DNA of 64,000 nt from Patescibacteria group bacterium (GTDB lineage Bacteria; Patescibacteriota; Microgenomatia; UBA8517): assembly GCA_035260845.1 (NCBI GenBank), contig DATFUL010000003.1:75620-139619 (forward strand), written 5' to 3'. Position 1 is the stretch's first letter. Every line of letters begins with the position of its first letter. The notes beneath the pieces were generated by a model. That model was not told the origin of the DNA. It was given only the letters and a program-made list of their open reading frames with translations, and ran no database searches. Shown here piece after piece: positions 19,225 through 30,918 of the stretch. The position numbers were made by a program, and so were the translations under genes.

Positions 19225-19879
19225 TAGCAACAACATATTCAAATATAGAAAATCTTTTAAGTGGGGTTTCTAAATACTTGTTCAAGAAACTTGTAATAAT
19301 TGGTATTTTAATTGGAATCAATAACTTATAATCGTGCTTAATTACTTTCATTCCGGACAACTCCATCTTAATCTTTAATTCTTTATATTTCATTCTATTG
19401 TGAGGCCCTTCAGGCATTTTAAGTCCTAGTTTTTCATAGATTAATTCGACCGGTTCCCAAATCGGATTCATCATGGTACAAATAAAGATTGTTTTTTGTT
19501 TCATTAATTTTGTTGTTTTTTTAAAAATCGTCTCCGGGTTTTCTAAATGCTCAATAACATCTGACATAAATATATAATTAAAATTATCCGAATCATGGGG
19601 CCAGGTCGTTGAAAATTTTAAATTCTTCGATCTTTTATATTTTCTTTTTGCTATTAAGATCATTTCATTACTCAAATCAACGCCATAGCCCCTACGGGGC
19701 CTTAAATGAGCCAACAGATCGCCAGTTCCACAACCAATTTCAAAAACATTTTTGTTTGATGGAATTAAATCAAGTAAAAGTTTTTTCAAATTATCGTAGT
19801 AAAAAGAATTTCTTTTTTTATAAAAATCGTATTTTTTTGCGACTTTGTCAAAATGTATTTGAACTTTTGTTTTTTTCAT
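19214..19879 (-). CDS. Class I SAM-dependent methyltransferase
   Basis: VFEIGCGTGDL motif I, IFMSDVIEHLENP. Confidence 0.75.
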   Translation of the reverse strand: MKKTKVQIHFDKVAKKYDFYKKRNSFYYDNLKKLLLDLIPSNKNVFEIGCGTGDLLAHLRPRRGYGVDLSNEMILIAKRKYKRSKNLKFSTTWPHDSDNFNYIFMSDVIEHLENPETIFKKTTKLMKQKTIFICTMMNPIWEPVELIYEKLGLKMPEGPHNRMKYKELKIKMELSGMKVIKHDYKLLIPIKIPIITSFLNKYLETPLKRFSIFEYVVATKA

Positions 19880-19880
19880 A

Positions 19881-21311
19881 TTAATAATTTAAAAACTGAC
19901 GAGATTTTATCTTGATACCACTAGTCCCGCCATATTTGACGCGTTGTGCAAGTTTTGGAAAAAATACAAAGAAAAAATTATTATCAGACAATGTTGTTTT
20001 TAAAGTTGCTGTTGGTGACCATGGTAAATCAATGTCCGATTCTGTATCCACAAAATCGATTTCATTGCCCTCAAGTTTGACCTCATTAATCTTAAAATAA
20101 TCAAAAACTTTACGGGAAATTATAGCTTCCTGGGATATCCAGTTAGTTTGATAAGTAAATTTCAATGTTAGCCAAGAAGTGAGAGTCCAGATAAAAAGAA
20201 ATAATCCTATAAAAATTTTATTTATTTTGGTTGCAATAAGCAGGTAAGAGATTCTAAAAACAACTCCTATGAGGGGTAATGTTAAATAAAATGTAAATTT
20301 ATGAAACGGTAGAAAAGCTACAGGAAGTAATGCTGCAATAAACCAAACGATGCAAAATATTGAAACTTGATTACTGCTTTTGACTTTCTGTTTTAATGTT
20401 TTTATCAAAACAGATGCCAAAATAATTAGCTCGGCGACAAATAAAAACAAAATGGGTCTAACCTGACTCCCCCAATAAATGAACAAATTCTGGTTTATTT
20501 TTATTCCAGGGCCAATAAAATCGACAAATGACTCCGGAACATTGAAAGACCAAACTAAATACCATAAAACCGTATTAAAAAACCTTTTAACAGATAGGCT
20601 CCAAACATAACTGTCGCCCGTTGCAAAACCATACCAATTAAAACGAATAAATAGATAGACAAATAAAGAAATCATAAATGGAATTATTAAAATCAAAAAT
20701 CTTTGAATTATCTTTTGATTTATTTTGTTTTTTGTTTTATAAAAATAAATTAAACCCAAAAGGATAGGCGTAATCACAGCCGTCTCTTTAGACAAAAGCG
20801 CTAAAACAAAAAATATAAAACTGAGAAGATTTTTATTTTTTACAAACATTAATAAGCTTAGGAGAACAAATAGTGTCATTCCTAATTCTTGAAATGTCGC
20901 CAAATAATATAAATGTCCAAAATGCGTCGCAGAAGTGGCATAAAGAAAAGCTGAAATTAAAGCTATTGTGCTGTTAGCGAATAGAAATTTTCCGAGAATA
21001 TAAACCAAATAAATAATTATAAATAGAAACAAAAATGAAACTACATGTAGATATATTGGATTTGTTCCAAATATTACTCTTCCAAAAAAATAAAAAACTT
21101 GAGTTGTTAGTGGCCTATACATCCCAAAACTGTCAGGAGCATTGAAAATGTTAAAGAAATTAAAAAATTCACCAATGCTTTTTATTGTAGATATCTTTAA
21201 AAAAAAGAAATCATCATTTGTAAAAAAGGTAAATAAGGAGGGATAAAAAATACCAAATGAAATTAGAAATGTGAAGATTAGGTATTTATACTTTTTAAAT
21301 ATATTTATCAT
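19881..21311 (-). CDS. Uncharacterised polytopic membrane protein (GT-C-like)
   Basis: 476 aa with many TM segments. There is an early acidic/aromatic loop FTNDDFFFL. Confidence 0.5.
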   Translation of the reverse strand: MINIFKKYKYLIFTFLISFGIFYPSLFTFFTNDDFFFLKISTIKSIGEFFNFFNIFNAPDSFGMYRPLTTQVFYFFGRVIFGTNPIYLHVVSFLFLFIIIYLVYILGKFLFANSTIALISAFLYATSATHFGHLYYLATFQELGMTLFVLLSLLMFVKNKNLLSFIFFVLALLSKETAVITPILLGLIYFYKTKNKINQKIIQRFLILIIPFMISLFVYLFIRFNWYGFATGDSYVWSLSVKRFFNTVLWYLVWSFNVPESFVDFIGPGIKINQNLFIYWGSQVRPILFLFVAELIILASVLIKTLKQKVKSSNQVSIFCIVWFIAALLPVAFLPFHKFTFYLTLPLIGVVFRISYLLIATKINKIFIGLFLFIWTLTSWLTLKFTYQTNWISQEAIISRKVFDYFKINEVKLEGNEIDFVDTESDIDLPWSPTATLKTTLSDNNFFFVFFPKLAQRVKYGGTSGIKIKSRQFLNY

Positions 21312-22096
21312 ACAAATATACCAACCAACTCCCTTCCAAAATTATTTAATAGATGTAACGCAAGCACTAGCGGATTGTGCGTATACTTTTTAACAACTTT
21401 CCAATCCTCTTTAAGTAGTTGCATGTACATTGTCTTTGTTTTTGTATTATCATCAATTCTAAACTTGGAGATGTTTTTATTAATAACAGTCGGCACAGAG
21501 ATTCTACATAGTTTTAGCCACAGGTCATATTCCATAATAAAATCTTTTGTGCCTGTAAAGGGTCCATATTTTTTCAATGCGGCTTTACTAACAAACACCG
21601 ACGGCTGAATTAAAAAATTATTAGCTAGTAATGAATAATAATTGATCCGAGATAACAAAAAGTTTTTATACCAAGTAACAGGTTTTGCGATTTCGATATT
21701 CTTTTTATTCACCACCGCCCCCCGCCCAGAAAACCACAACGAATCTGGGTGGGTTTGATATGCTTTTGAAATTAAAAAAAGAGCGTTTCTTTCATAACAA
21801 TCATCAGCGTTGATAAAAGTTACAATATCGCCGGTCGCTTTTTCAAGTCCCTTATTTACAGCGTCAAGTTGACCGTTATCTTTCTTTGACTTAAAAATAA
21901 TATTATATCTTTTAACATATTCTTTAATTATCGAAACGGTTCCATCCGTTGACCCACCATCGTTTATAATTACTTCTAAATTTTTATACTTCTGCTCAAA
22001 GATTGATTTTAAAGTTTGATCAATATATTTAACCTTATTATATGAAGGGATAATTATGGAAATTTTTGGGAGAGCGTCATTTTTTTCTCTTCGCAT
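21308..22096 (-). CDS. GT2 glycosyltransferase (SpsA-like)
   Basis: ISIIIPSYNKVKYIDQTLKSIFEQ, DGGSTDGT, NADD. Confidence 0.85.
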   Translation of the reverse strand: MRREKNDALPKISIIIPSYNKVKYIDQTLKSIFEQKYKNLEVIINDGGSTDGTVSIIKEYVKRYNIIFKSKKDNGQLDAVNKGLEKATGDIVTFINADDCYERNALFLISKAYQTHPDSLWFSGRGAVVNKKNIEIAKPVTWYKNFLLSRINYYSLLANNFLIQPSVFVSKAALKKYGPFTGTKDFIMEYDLWLKLCRISVPTVINKNISKFRIDDNTKTKTMYMQLLKEDWKVVKKYTHNPLVLALHLLNNFGRELVGIFV

Positions 22097-22411
22097 TTTT
22101 AAAAGCCTCTTTCCTAACCAAATCCTCTAATTTTTTTTCATTTCGCTTTGTTCTTAAATATGTACTTCCAACCATTGAAATAACCAGGGCAAAACCACCA
22201 ATAACCATTAAGTCGAAGACGCGAGTTACCAGAAAAGTCATAGAAAAAGATCTAAGAAGTTCAGGGAAAACAACAACAATTATTGCAAAGCACCAAAGTA
22301 CTAACCAGGAAATTATTTCGAGCTTTGTCAATTCTCCACGCTTAAAACCAAGAATAGCAAAATAAGTCATACTAAAAGCAAATAAAAGTGCCATAATTTG
22401 CAAACCAATAA

Positions 22412-22430
<19 letters not shown>
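22077..22430 (-). CDS. Small membrane protein, DUF2304-like, companion of the upstream GT2
   Basis: 117 aa with 3 TM and a basic C-terminal tail. It directly overlaps the GT2 gene at 22412..23080. GT2 followed by DUF2304 is a recurrent pair. Confidence 0.55.
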
Positions 22431-24081
<1,651 letters not shown>

Positions 24082-24133
24082 TTAGATTTTTAAGCCAGAC
24101 AATAGTTTTTAATAAAAACCCCCTAAAGGCCAT

Positions 24134-25096
24134 TTAAAAACTTTGGTATACCTTGATCGTTTCTTTTGCTGTCATTTCCCAAGAGTATTCTCTTGTAAGT
24201 TTTTTATTTATATTGGGCTTAATTATTCCACGAGCAATATCTTCGGAATTATAAGCATTTACATATTTGAAATCGTCCCCTAAAATTTCTACCAAACACT
24301 GGTTTTTAGTTACAACTACAGGAGTTGTACAAGCAATTGCCTCTAAAACTGGTAAACCAAAGCCTTCATAGAGCGATGGCTGAACATAAACCGATGCGAG
24401 ATTATAGATATTGACCAAATCATCATCCGGGACAAATCCTAGTCTAACTACATTTGACCAATTTATATTTTTCAAATGGTTAAGCTCAGAATGATTCAAA
24501 TCCATACTTTGAATCTCTTTTGCTTGTTTGCCAGCTATAACAAGGGGTATTCTAGCAATCTCACAAGCCTTAACTAAATTTGGAATATTTTTATTGTAAT
24601 TAACGTCCCCTACATATAGGGCAAAATGTTTTGGCAAACTATATCTTTTTATAACCTCCTGTTTCTTAAATATGGCTCGGGGTGCAAGATAAATAACGTG
24701 CACAATTTCTGGCTTAACCCCTAAAAATCTACAAATATCTTTTTTAGAAGTTTCTGAGATTGTAATTATTGCATCAATGTTTTTATTAATTAAATATTTA
24801 TTTATTAGCCAATTTATTTTTCCTTTAACTCCGGGCGGATAATGGGATGGGTAAATAAGTGGAATTAAATCATATATTGTTAATACAAATTTGGCATTTT
24901 CTGGTTTAACAAAAGGGATTGCAATAAAAAAGGGATTGAACCGTGTAAAATGAACTACATCATACTTACTTAAATCTTCTCTTGAAACATCGACCCCATC
25001 CATCTTTAAAGCCTTAAGAAGTTCTCTGGTATAAACTCCAATGCCACGAACGGAGTCACCACTTGATAACGGCCCTGAATCGATCGCAATCTTCAT
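24134..25096 (-). CDS. GT4 (GT-B fold) glycosyltransferase
   Basis: MKIAIDSGPL...GIGVYTREL N-terminus and C-terminal SLYEGFGLPVLEAIACTTPVVVT. Confidence 0.8.
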   Translation of the reverse strand: MKIAIDSGPLSSGDSVRGIGVYTRELLKALKMDGVDVSREDLSKYDVVHFTRFNPFFIAIPFVKPENAKFVLTIYDLIPLIYPSHYPPGVKGKINWLINKYLINKNIDAIITISETSKKDICRFLGVKPEIVHVIYLAPRAIFKKQEVIKRYSLPKHFALYVGDVNYNKNIPNLVKACEIARIPLVIAGKQAKEIQSMDLNHSELNHLKNINWSNVVRLGFVPDDDLVNIYNLASVYVQPSLYEGFGLPVLEAIACTTPVVVTKNQCLVEILGDDFKYVNAYNSEDIARGIIKPNINKKLTREYSWEMTAKETIKVYQSF

Positions 25097-25122
25097 ATTA
25101 ATCTATTTTACCCTTAAAAGTA

Positions 25123-25959
25123 TTAAGAAGAAACATATTTGAAATAGGAAATTGGAAAGTGGGAAGCTGAGAAGAAACTCCAGAGGAATCCACCTACTCC
25201 GTCGAGAAATCCTAAATGCCGAAAATAAAGGTTGCAGAAGATGTATATTGGCTTGAATATTGTGTATGAGATAAAACTCCAAAAACTTTTAGGAACTTTC
25301 TTGATTCTCAACTCTTCTGCATGTAGGTCTGTATAGCGATTCAAACGAGATAGGTAGCGCTTAAGAGTTGGTGAATCATAATGCAATAAGTCTCCAGTTA
25401 GCCATGATACTTGGCCATCAAGTTGTATTTGCTCATGAACAGATTTTTGAGGAAATTCTGCATTGCCATTTCGAACCAAGCGTATAACTCCGTCTGGGTA
25501 AACACCCGCATGTACTAAAGGCTTCCCGAGAAAAATATTCTTTCTCGGAATAAAGTAGCCAACAACTGTGGAATTTTCATTACCAATTTTCCCATCCCTA
25601 GCTTCGACTAATTGTTGATGCTTCTCAAAGAGTCTATTTTTTGTATAAACATAGTTCCCTACTAATACTTGTATTATATCTTTTGATAATTTTTCAGTAA
25701 CAACTTCATCCGCGTCGAGTTGAAGTATCCAGTCTCCTTTTGCTTTATCAAGCGCCTTTTGTTTAGTTATATGGAATATACCATGATGGGGTTCAAGATA
25801 AACTCTAGCGCCTAACTTTTCAGCGATATCACGAGTTTTATCAGTAGAATATTCATCAACAATTATAATCTCATCAGCAATATCCTTTACAGATTCCAAG
25901 CACCTTGCAATATTTTCCTCCTCATTCCTTGTCGCGAGAACCACAGAAAGTTTTAACAT
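25123..25959 (-). CDS. GT2 glycosyltransferase, WaaE/KdtX-like
   Basis: LSVVLATRNEEENI, DADEVVT and the C-terminal-half motif YPDGVIRLVRNG, which is shared with 46311 and 47054. Confidence 0.75.
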   Translation of the reverse strand: MLKLSVVLATRNEEENIARCLESVKDIADEIIIVDEYSTDKTRDIAEKLGARVYLEPHHGIFHITKQKALDKAKGDWILQLDADEVVTEKLSKDIIQVLVGNYVYTKNRLFEKHQQLVEARDGKIGNENSTVVGYFIPRKNIFLGKPLVHAGVYPDGVIRLVRNGNAEFPQKSVHEQIQLDGQVSWLTGDLLHYDSPTLKRYLSRLNRYTDLHAEELRIKKVPKSFWSFISYTIFKPIYIFCNLYFRHLGFLDGVGGFLWSFFSASHFPISYFKYVSS

Positions 25960-25968
25960 GATAATTAT

Positions 25969-27609
25969 TTAATTAGAAACTACGTCAAAATACTCAAATC
26001 CATTCGTACCATAAATCCTTTTAATTATATTTGCGGATTGAGGAATTTCCTCATGAGTGCCAATTATAAGACTGTTTGGATAATTATTTTGAATGGAGGT
26101 AAAATCGATAGGTCCAAAATGGTATTTGTCAAAATCCGATACAGTTGAAAACCCAAAATCATCTCTGCTTGTTAATGTGTGGTGAAATTGAAATTTTTGC
26201 GGAGGGTATTTTTGGTAGAAAAGAAAAAGAATATATGGCTGATCGTATCTATTAGTCACATAAATATCAGAGTATTTTGATTGATCTTGCAAAACATACT
26301 CAACAAGTTCTTTAACCCCATACTGAGAGGAGTAGGGGTAGGTTTTGCTCATATGCATGTAGTACATATTTAGATACCTTGCAAAGTTCCAAATAATTAA
26401 CAGTGCTAAGAATGTTATACCAATAAACTTCCAAATTTTTCTACCATTCAAATAATTTAGGATTGTAGTAAGACCAAAAGCACTAATGACGGTGAGAGGA
26501 ATTACCATATTCTGAGATCTTAAAGCATTTGGTGATTGGAAAGTTAAAGCTGAGGCAATTGGGCCAATTAAGAGCCAAGAAATAATAAATTTCCAACTAT
26601 TATTGAATTTCTTAGCTATAAAGATAAAACCGACTGCTAGAAATAATAAATCAATCAAATACATCTCCCCTGTTTCTGGAACCTTATTCCTCTCGATAGA
26701 ATCTCCGGACATAAATAAGAACTCACCATTAAAATGAGATGTCCAATTGTTTACAAAAAAGAGACCATAATTTACGAATTTATTGTGAAGTATTTCTGCA
26801 AAATAACCATTTACACTAGAATGTTCTCCTCTTTGTTCGTTAATCCTATTTATCGGTCCCTTGTCTGCAAATAGTCCAACTCCGGCTACCCTTGAAAGTG
26901 CACCGCCTGAAAGAAGATCGTGAGTTAATGGCAGTAAAATAACAACCGAGAAGATAGCAAAAATTAAATAGGGCTTAATGTTTTTGAATATCACATTTCT
27001 ATAAATCAGAATTATCGAGAGTCCTAAAAGTGGAATAATCACTCGGACTGCATGGTATGTGTAAAGGGCAGCAACTAAACAAAGTGAACTCAAAACAAGT
27101 TTAGTAACTTTATGTTTAAATTTAATTTCCCTAAATGAATTAAAAAATAAAAGTAAACCAGCTAAAAGAAAAAAAGTGGCGGTATTGACCTCCCAACCAC
27201 CCCTACTAAACTGTAAATGCCAAGGTGAAATCGCAAGAAAAAGTGCTGATATGAGTGCAAATTTGTCATCTTCAAAAAGCTCTTTTACGAGTAGGTAAAT
27301 TAAAAGAACCGAGAGTACACCAAACATTGCACCTGGAATTCTAACTGACCACGAGTTTAATCCAAGTAATTTAACAAATGGAATGTCTAAATAAACATAA
27401 AGTCCTGGCTTATAATCGTTGAACGATTGGAAAGAAATTGGCCAAGAGTTACCATGCTGATCCATTCCAGTCTGAATCAATGAATAAGCATCGTAACCAT
27501 TTGATGCTTCATCAGCATTTAATGCAGGGTATGTATCAAGTTTCCAAAACCTCAAAACAAAAGCCAAAAACACAATTAAAAATAATAGATATTTGTTAAG
27601 TTTATTCAT
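25969..27609 (-). CDS. GT-C ArnT/PMT-like (GT39/GT83-type) membrane glycosyltransferase, family A paralog 1
   Basis: TM1 then LNADEASNGYDAYSLIQTGMDQHGNSWP...FNDYKPGLYVYL. About 11 TM, then a C-terminal soluble domain of about 170 aa. Confidence 0.75.
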   Translation of the reverse strand: MNKLNKYLLFLIVFLAFVLRFWKLDTYPALNADEASNGYDAYSLIQTGMDQHGNSWPISFQSFNDYKPGLYVYLDIPFVKLLGLNSWSVRIPGAMFGVLSVLLIYLLVKELFEDDKFALISALFLAISPWHLQFSRGGWEVNTATFFLLAGLLLFFNSFREIKFKHKVTKLVLSSLCLVAALYTYHAVRVIIPLLGLSIILIYRNVIFKNIKPYLIFAIFSVVILLPLTHDLLSGGALSRVAGVGLFADKGPINRINEQRGEHSSVNGYFAEILHNKFVNYGLFFVNNWTSHFNGEFLFMSGDSIERNKVPETGEMYLIDLLFLAVGFIFIAKKFNNSWKFIISWLLIGPIASALTFQSPNALRSQNMVIPLTVISAFGLTTILNYLNGRKIWKFIGITFLALLIIWNFARYLNMYYMHMSKTYPYSSQYGVKELVEYVLQDQSKYSDIYVTNRYDQPYILFLFYQKYPPQKFQFHHTLTSRDDFGFSTVSDFDKYHFGPIDFTSIQNNYPNSLIIGTHEEIPQSANIIKRIYGTNGFEYFDVVSN

Positions 27610-27618
27610 GGTTAGTCA

Positions 27619-29250
27619 TTATTTAACTTCAACAACCTCAAAAGCAACATCAATGTTATTCAAATATTTAAGTTCATATAGAAATTTATATTTCTCTGGT
27701 CTACTTATGACTTCAGGTGGAATGGTTGGACCGGTTACAACAAGTGTGCCATTTGTAAACTGAAGTGCACTCCAATCAACTCTTTCAAAACGAACATTAT
27801 CAAGTTTTGTTTCAAAACCAACATCCCCTTTATACTTACTGCTGACTAAATTCGCCTGCTTTTGATATTTAGCAGGGTCGTATTTTTGATAGAAAAGGAA
27901 ATAAATATATGGTTGATTAAATGATTGCTCAAATACGATGTCTTTATATTTAGACTCAAGAGGGGTTACATAATCAACCATCTGTTTATAGCCATATCGC
28001 CAATAATTTGAATTATGAGCTGGAAGATGGACAAAATATGAATCTAAAAAATATATAAAACCAAAAATCCAGACGGCTATGAAGGCCAAAATGACGATTT
28101 TATGGTAATTTATCACCTCATATATTCCAAAAGAAATAACAATAACTAAGGGGATGGCGGTAAGCAAGGATCTAACTGCATTTGTCTGGTCTCTTGAAAT
28201 AGCCGCAGAAAAAGGTGATAGGATTAATAATAAAATTACAAACAATGTTCCTTTATTAAGTTTGTTCTTGAAAATTGTAAAAAGCCCAATTGGAAGCAAA
28301 AGCAAGTCCCCTAGTAATAATATTCCTTGATATGGCGAAGTATGAACTGGATTTGCGGTATCTCCATCGAAAAACAAAAAATGACCTGAATAGAAATTAA
28401 ACCACCTACTCATGACCATTCTAAAATAATTTAATTGATCAGAGTGAAATAAATAAAAGTATCCATCGGAGTATGTTTGTATTTCTTCTGGCAATCTTGG
28501 ATATGAAAAAACACTAAAAATAGTTAAGCGCTGTGCTTGTCCGTTAAATAAAGTTAATATTATTGGGATCGAAATAATTACTCCGAGAACAAATGATGTA
28601 ATAAGATAGTTGAGTTTTATTTTCCAAAAGACTTTCCAATTAATTAAGATAAGCAGTAATAAAACAATTGCTGTAGATAGTTTTGCACCTTGATATGCAA
28701 TTAGAGTCAAAGCAAAAAATATTGAACTTAATATAATATATTTATTTTCATCCAATGATTTCAAAAAGAAATAAATCCCAGCTAAGGTTAAAGTAATTGA
28801 AATGTTTGCCTCCCAAGCACCTCTGGAAAAATAAATTAAGTAAGGATTTGTCGCAGCGACAAAAGCACTGATAATAGCTAGCGACTTATAGTTGGCAAAT
28901 AGTTTACGAACAATTAAATAAATTAAATAAATAGACAGTATCCCAAAGATTGCGGAAGGGAGACGGGTAGAAAACTCAGACAAACCAAAAACAGCTACAG
29001 ATGGTACGGCCAAGTAAACATAAAGGCCTGGTTTGTAATCACCAAACGATTTAAAAACTATTGGTAGAGATTTTCCAAACTCATCACGACCCGTTTTTAG
29101 TATCGAATAGGCATTGTATCCCAAAGAAGCCTCATCTGGAGTTAAGCTTGGAGCAATACTACCAAGATGCCAAAGTCTTAAAATGCCGGCTAAAACAAGT
29201 GCAATTAGTAAAAGGCCTTGAGAACTAAATATCTTGTTAATAATTTTCAT
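27619..29250 (-). CDS. GT-C ArnT/PMT-like membrane glycosyltransferase, family A paralog 2
   Basis: LTPDEASLGYNAYSILKTGRDEFGKSLP...FGDYKPGLYVYL. Confidence 0.75.
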   Translation of the reverse strand: MKIINKIFSSQGLLLIALVLAGILRLWHLGSIAPSLTPDEASLGYNAYSILKTGRDEFGKSLPIVFKSFGDYKPGLYVYLAVPSVAVFGLSEFSTRLPSAIFGILSIYLIYLIVRKLFANYKSLAIISAFVAATNPYLIYFSRGAWEANISITLTLAGIYFFLKSLDENKYIILSSIFFALTLIAYQGAKLSTAIVLLLLILINWKVFWKIKLNYLITSFVLGVIISIPIILTLFNGQAQRLTIFSVFSYPRLPEEIQTYSDGYFYLFHSDQLNYFRMVMSRWFNFYSGHFLFFDGDTANPVHTSPYQGILLLGDLLLLPIGLFTIFKNKLNKGTLFVILLLILSPFSAAISRDQTNAVRSLLTAIPLVIVISFGIYEVINYHKIVILAFIAVWIFGFIYFLDSYFVHLPAHNSNYWRYGYKQMVDYVTPLESKYKDIVFEQSFNQPYIYFLFYQKYDPAKYQKQANLVSSKYKGDVGFETKLDNVRFERVDWSALQFTNGTLVVTGPTIPPEVISRPEKYKFLYELKYLNNIDVAFEVVEVK

Positions 29251-29274
29251 AATATTTACAACTACACCCCAACT

Positions 29275-30918
29275 TTATTCTTGAAAATTGCTATAAATCT
29301 CAAATGCTGATTTTCCATCTAAAAAGTTGACTGCATTAATCTTATTCCATCCTTTTGGATAATTACCAGGGGATGTAATTAATAGGCATCTCATATTTTT
29401 ACAATCTATTTTTACTTTACTTTCCGTGACAAGATCTTTTATTTGCCAGTCATTTACGAAATAAAACTTGTCAAATCTGTCTACCCAATACCAATTTGAT
29501 TGAAAAAAAGTAATCTTACTTGCATCATTTAGATATTTTGATGGATTGTAATATAAATAAAATAGAAAATATTCATGCGGTTCACCATATTTTTTTGTAA
29601 CAATTATCTTGTCATACTCGCTATCGTGCTGTTTTACATAGTCAACAGCTTGTTTGTATCCATATTGCCAACTCCAACTGTAGTTAGTTCTATAAGCAGT
29701 AACATAATTAACGATATAACTTTCGGCAAATATAAATGTAAGAATTGCATATATAGAAACTGTCAAAAACTTGTAATTTTCTTTTACTTTTGATAACAAT
29801 TCAAAAAAACAAATCGAAATTAAGATTTCAGGAATAGGAAGCATGGTTGTAGCCCGAATGACAGCAAAACTTTCGTTTGTTAATGAGGCAGGAATGGGTG
29901 AAAGAATAAGCCATAAAAGCAAAAATCTATAATTTTTGTCTTTTAGTGCCATTGCGATAATAAATATTATTCCTATATAAAAAAATGGCAGGTTTACTGG
30001 GTAAATTAGTCCAAAATTTGGAACACTGAATTGGTACTGAGTGCCACCTTTTATAAACAAAAATTTAGGAGAAAAATAACTAATGTAATTTTTAGAAAAA
30101 TTTTCTATAAAATAAACAGGGCGGTTGTAAATAATCCTCTTAATATTATTAGGAAGTTTTGATGAGTTTCTGGCTTCAATAATTTTATTTACAGCACCCT
30201 GATCAACAAGAAACAGAACATTGCCCCGGGCAGTTGCCCCGGGGTTTATTAAGATATAAGCAGAAAATAATATGAAAATTCCTGCAAAAACATAGATTAC
30301 TTTGCTGCTTATTTCTTTTCCGTAAATAAGAAGTGTTCCAATCAAAAGTAGTGGAGAAAATATTCGTGTTGTATGGTAAGAAAAAAGAGTCAGAAAGAGT
30401 GAAATAAAAGAAAAAGAAAGAAAGTGTTTATTCTTTTCTCTGTTCACAAAGAGTGCAGCAGCTGTAATTAAAAAGAAAACCGATAAATTTGATTGGAGTA
30501 CAAACCTTGATGTAAATACATACCATGGGCTAATTGCAGTCAAGAAGCTGGAAAATAAGCTGATGTCTCGTCTCTTTGTAATTCCAAACGCTAAAAAGTA
30601 AACAGAAATTATTGTTAAAACCCCAAGGATTGCGTGTGGAAAACGAATAGAAAATTCTGTTAAACCAAATAGCGCGATAAAAGGTATTGTTAAATAAAGA
30701 TTTAGTGTGGTTGGATAATCCCCATAAGCTCTAAAATTAAAAAAAGGCAACCTTTGACCCCATTGATCCATCCCCGTCTTAAGAATTGAATAAGCATTGT
30801 AACCATGACTAACTTCATCCCAATTAAGTGCAGGCGGATTCCAAGATAAAAAGGTGAACCTTAAGACGGCTCCCAAAACAATAATTAAAATTAAGTATGT
30901 TAAGTTCTTTCTGCCCAT
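29275..30918 (-). CDS. GT-C ArnT/PMT-like membrane glycosyltransferase, family A paralog 3
   Basis: LNWDEVSHGYNAYSILKTGMDQWGQRLP with the same architecture. Confidence 0.75.
   Translation of the reverse strand: MGRKNLTYLILIIVLGAVLRFTFLSWNPPALNWDEVSHGYNAYSILKTGMDQWGQRLPFFNFRAYGDYPTTLNLYLTIPFIALFGLTEFSIRFPHAILGVLTIISVYFLAFGITKRRDISLFSSFLTAISPWYVFTSRFVLQSNLSVFFLITAAALFVNREKNKHFLSFSFISLFLTLFSYHTTRIFSPLLLIGTLLIYGKEISSKVIYVFAGIFILFSAYILINPGATARGNVLFLVDQGAVNKIIEARNSSKLPNNIKRIIYNRPVYFIENFSKNYISYFSPKFLFIKGGTQYQFSVPNFGLIYPVNLPFFYIGIIFIIAMALKDKNYRFLLLWLILSPIPASLTNESFAVIRATTMLPIPEILISICFFELLSKVKENYKFLTVSIYAILTFIFAESYIVNYVTAYRTNYSWSWQYGYKQAVDYVKQHDSEYDKIIVTKKYGEPHEYFLFYLYYNPSKYLNDASKITFFQSNWYWVDRFDKFYFVNDWQIKDLVTESKVKIDCKNMRCLLITSPGNYPKGWNKINAVNFLDGKSAFEIYSNFQE

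Noticed and set aside
21700-21730. Locally GC-rich patch (caccaccgccccccgcccag) in otherwise 30% GC DNA
   Set aside because: It lies inside the GT2 gene and encodes a Gly-rich loop (FSGRGAVV). There is no repeat or hairpin partner.
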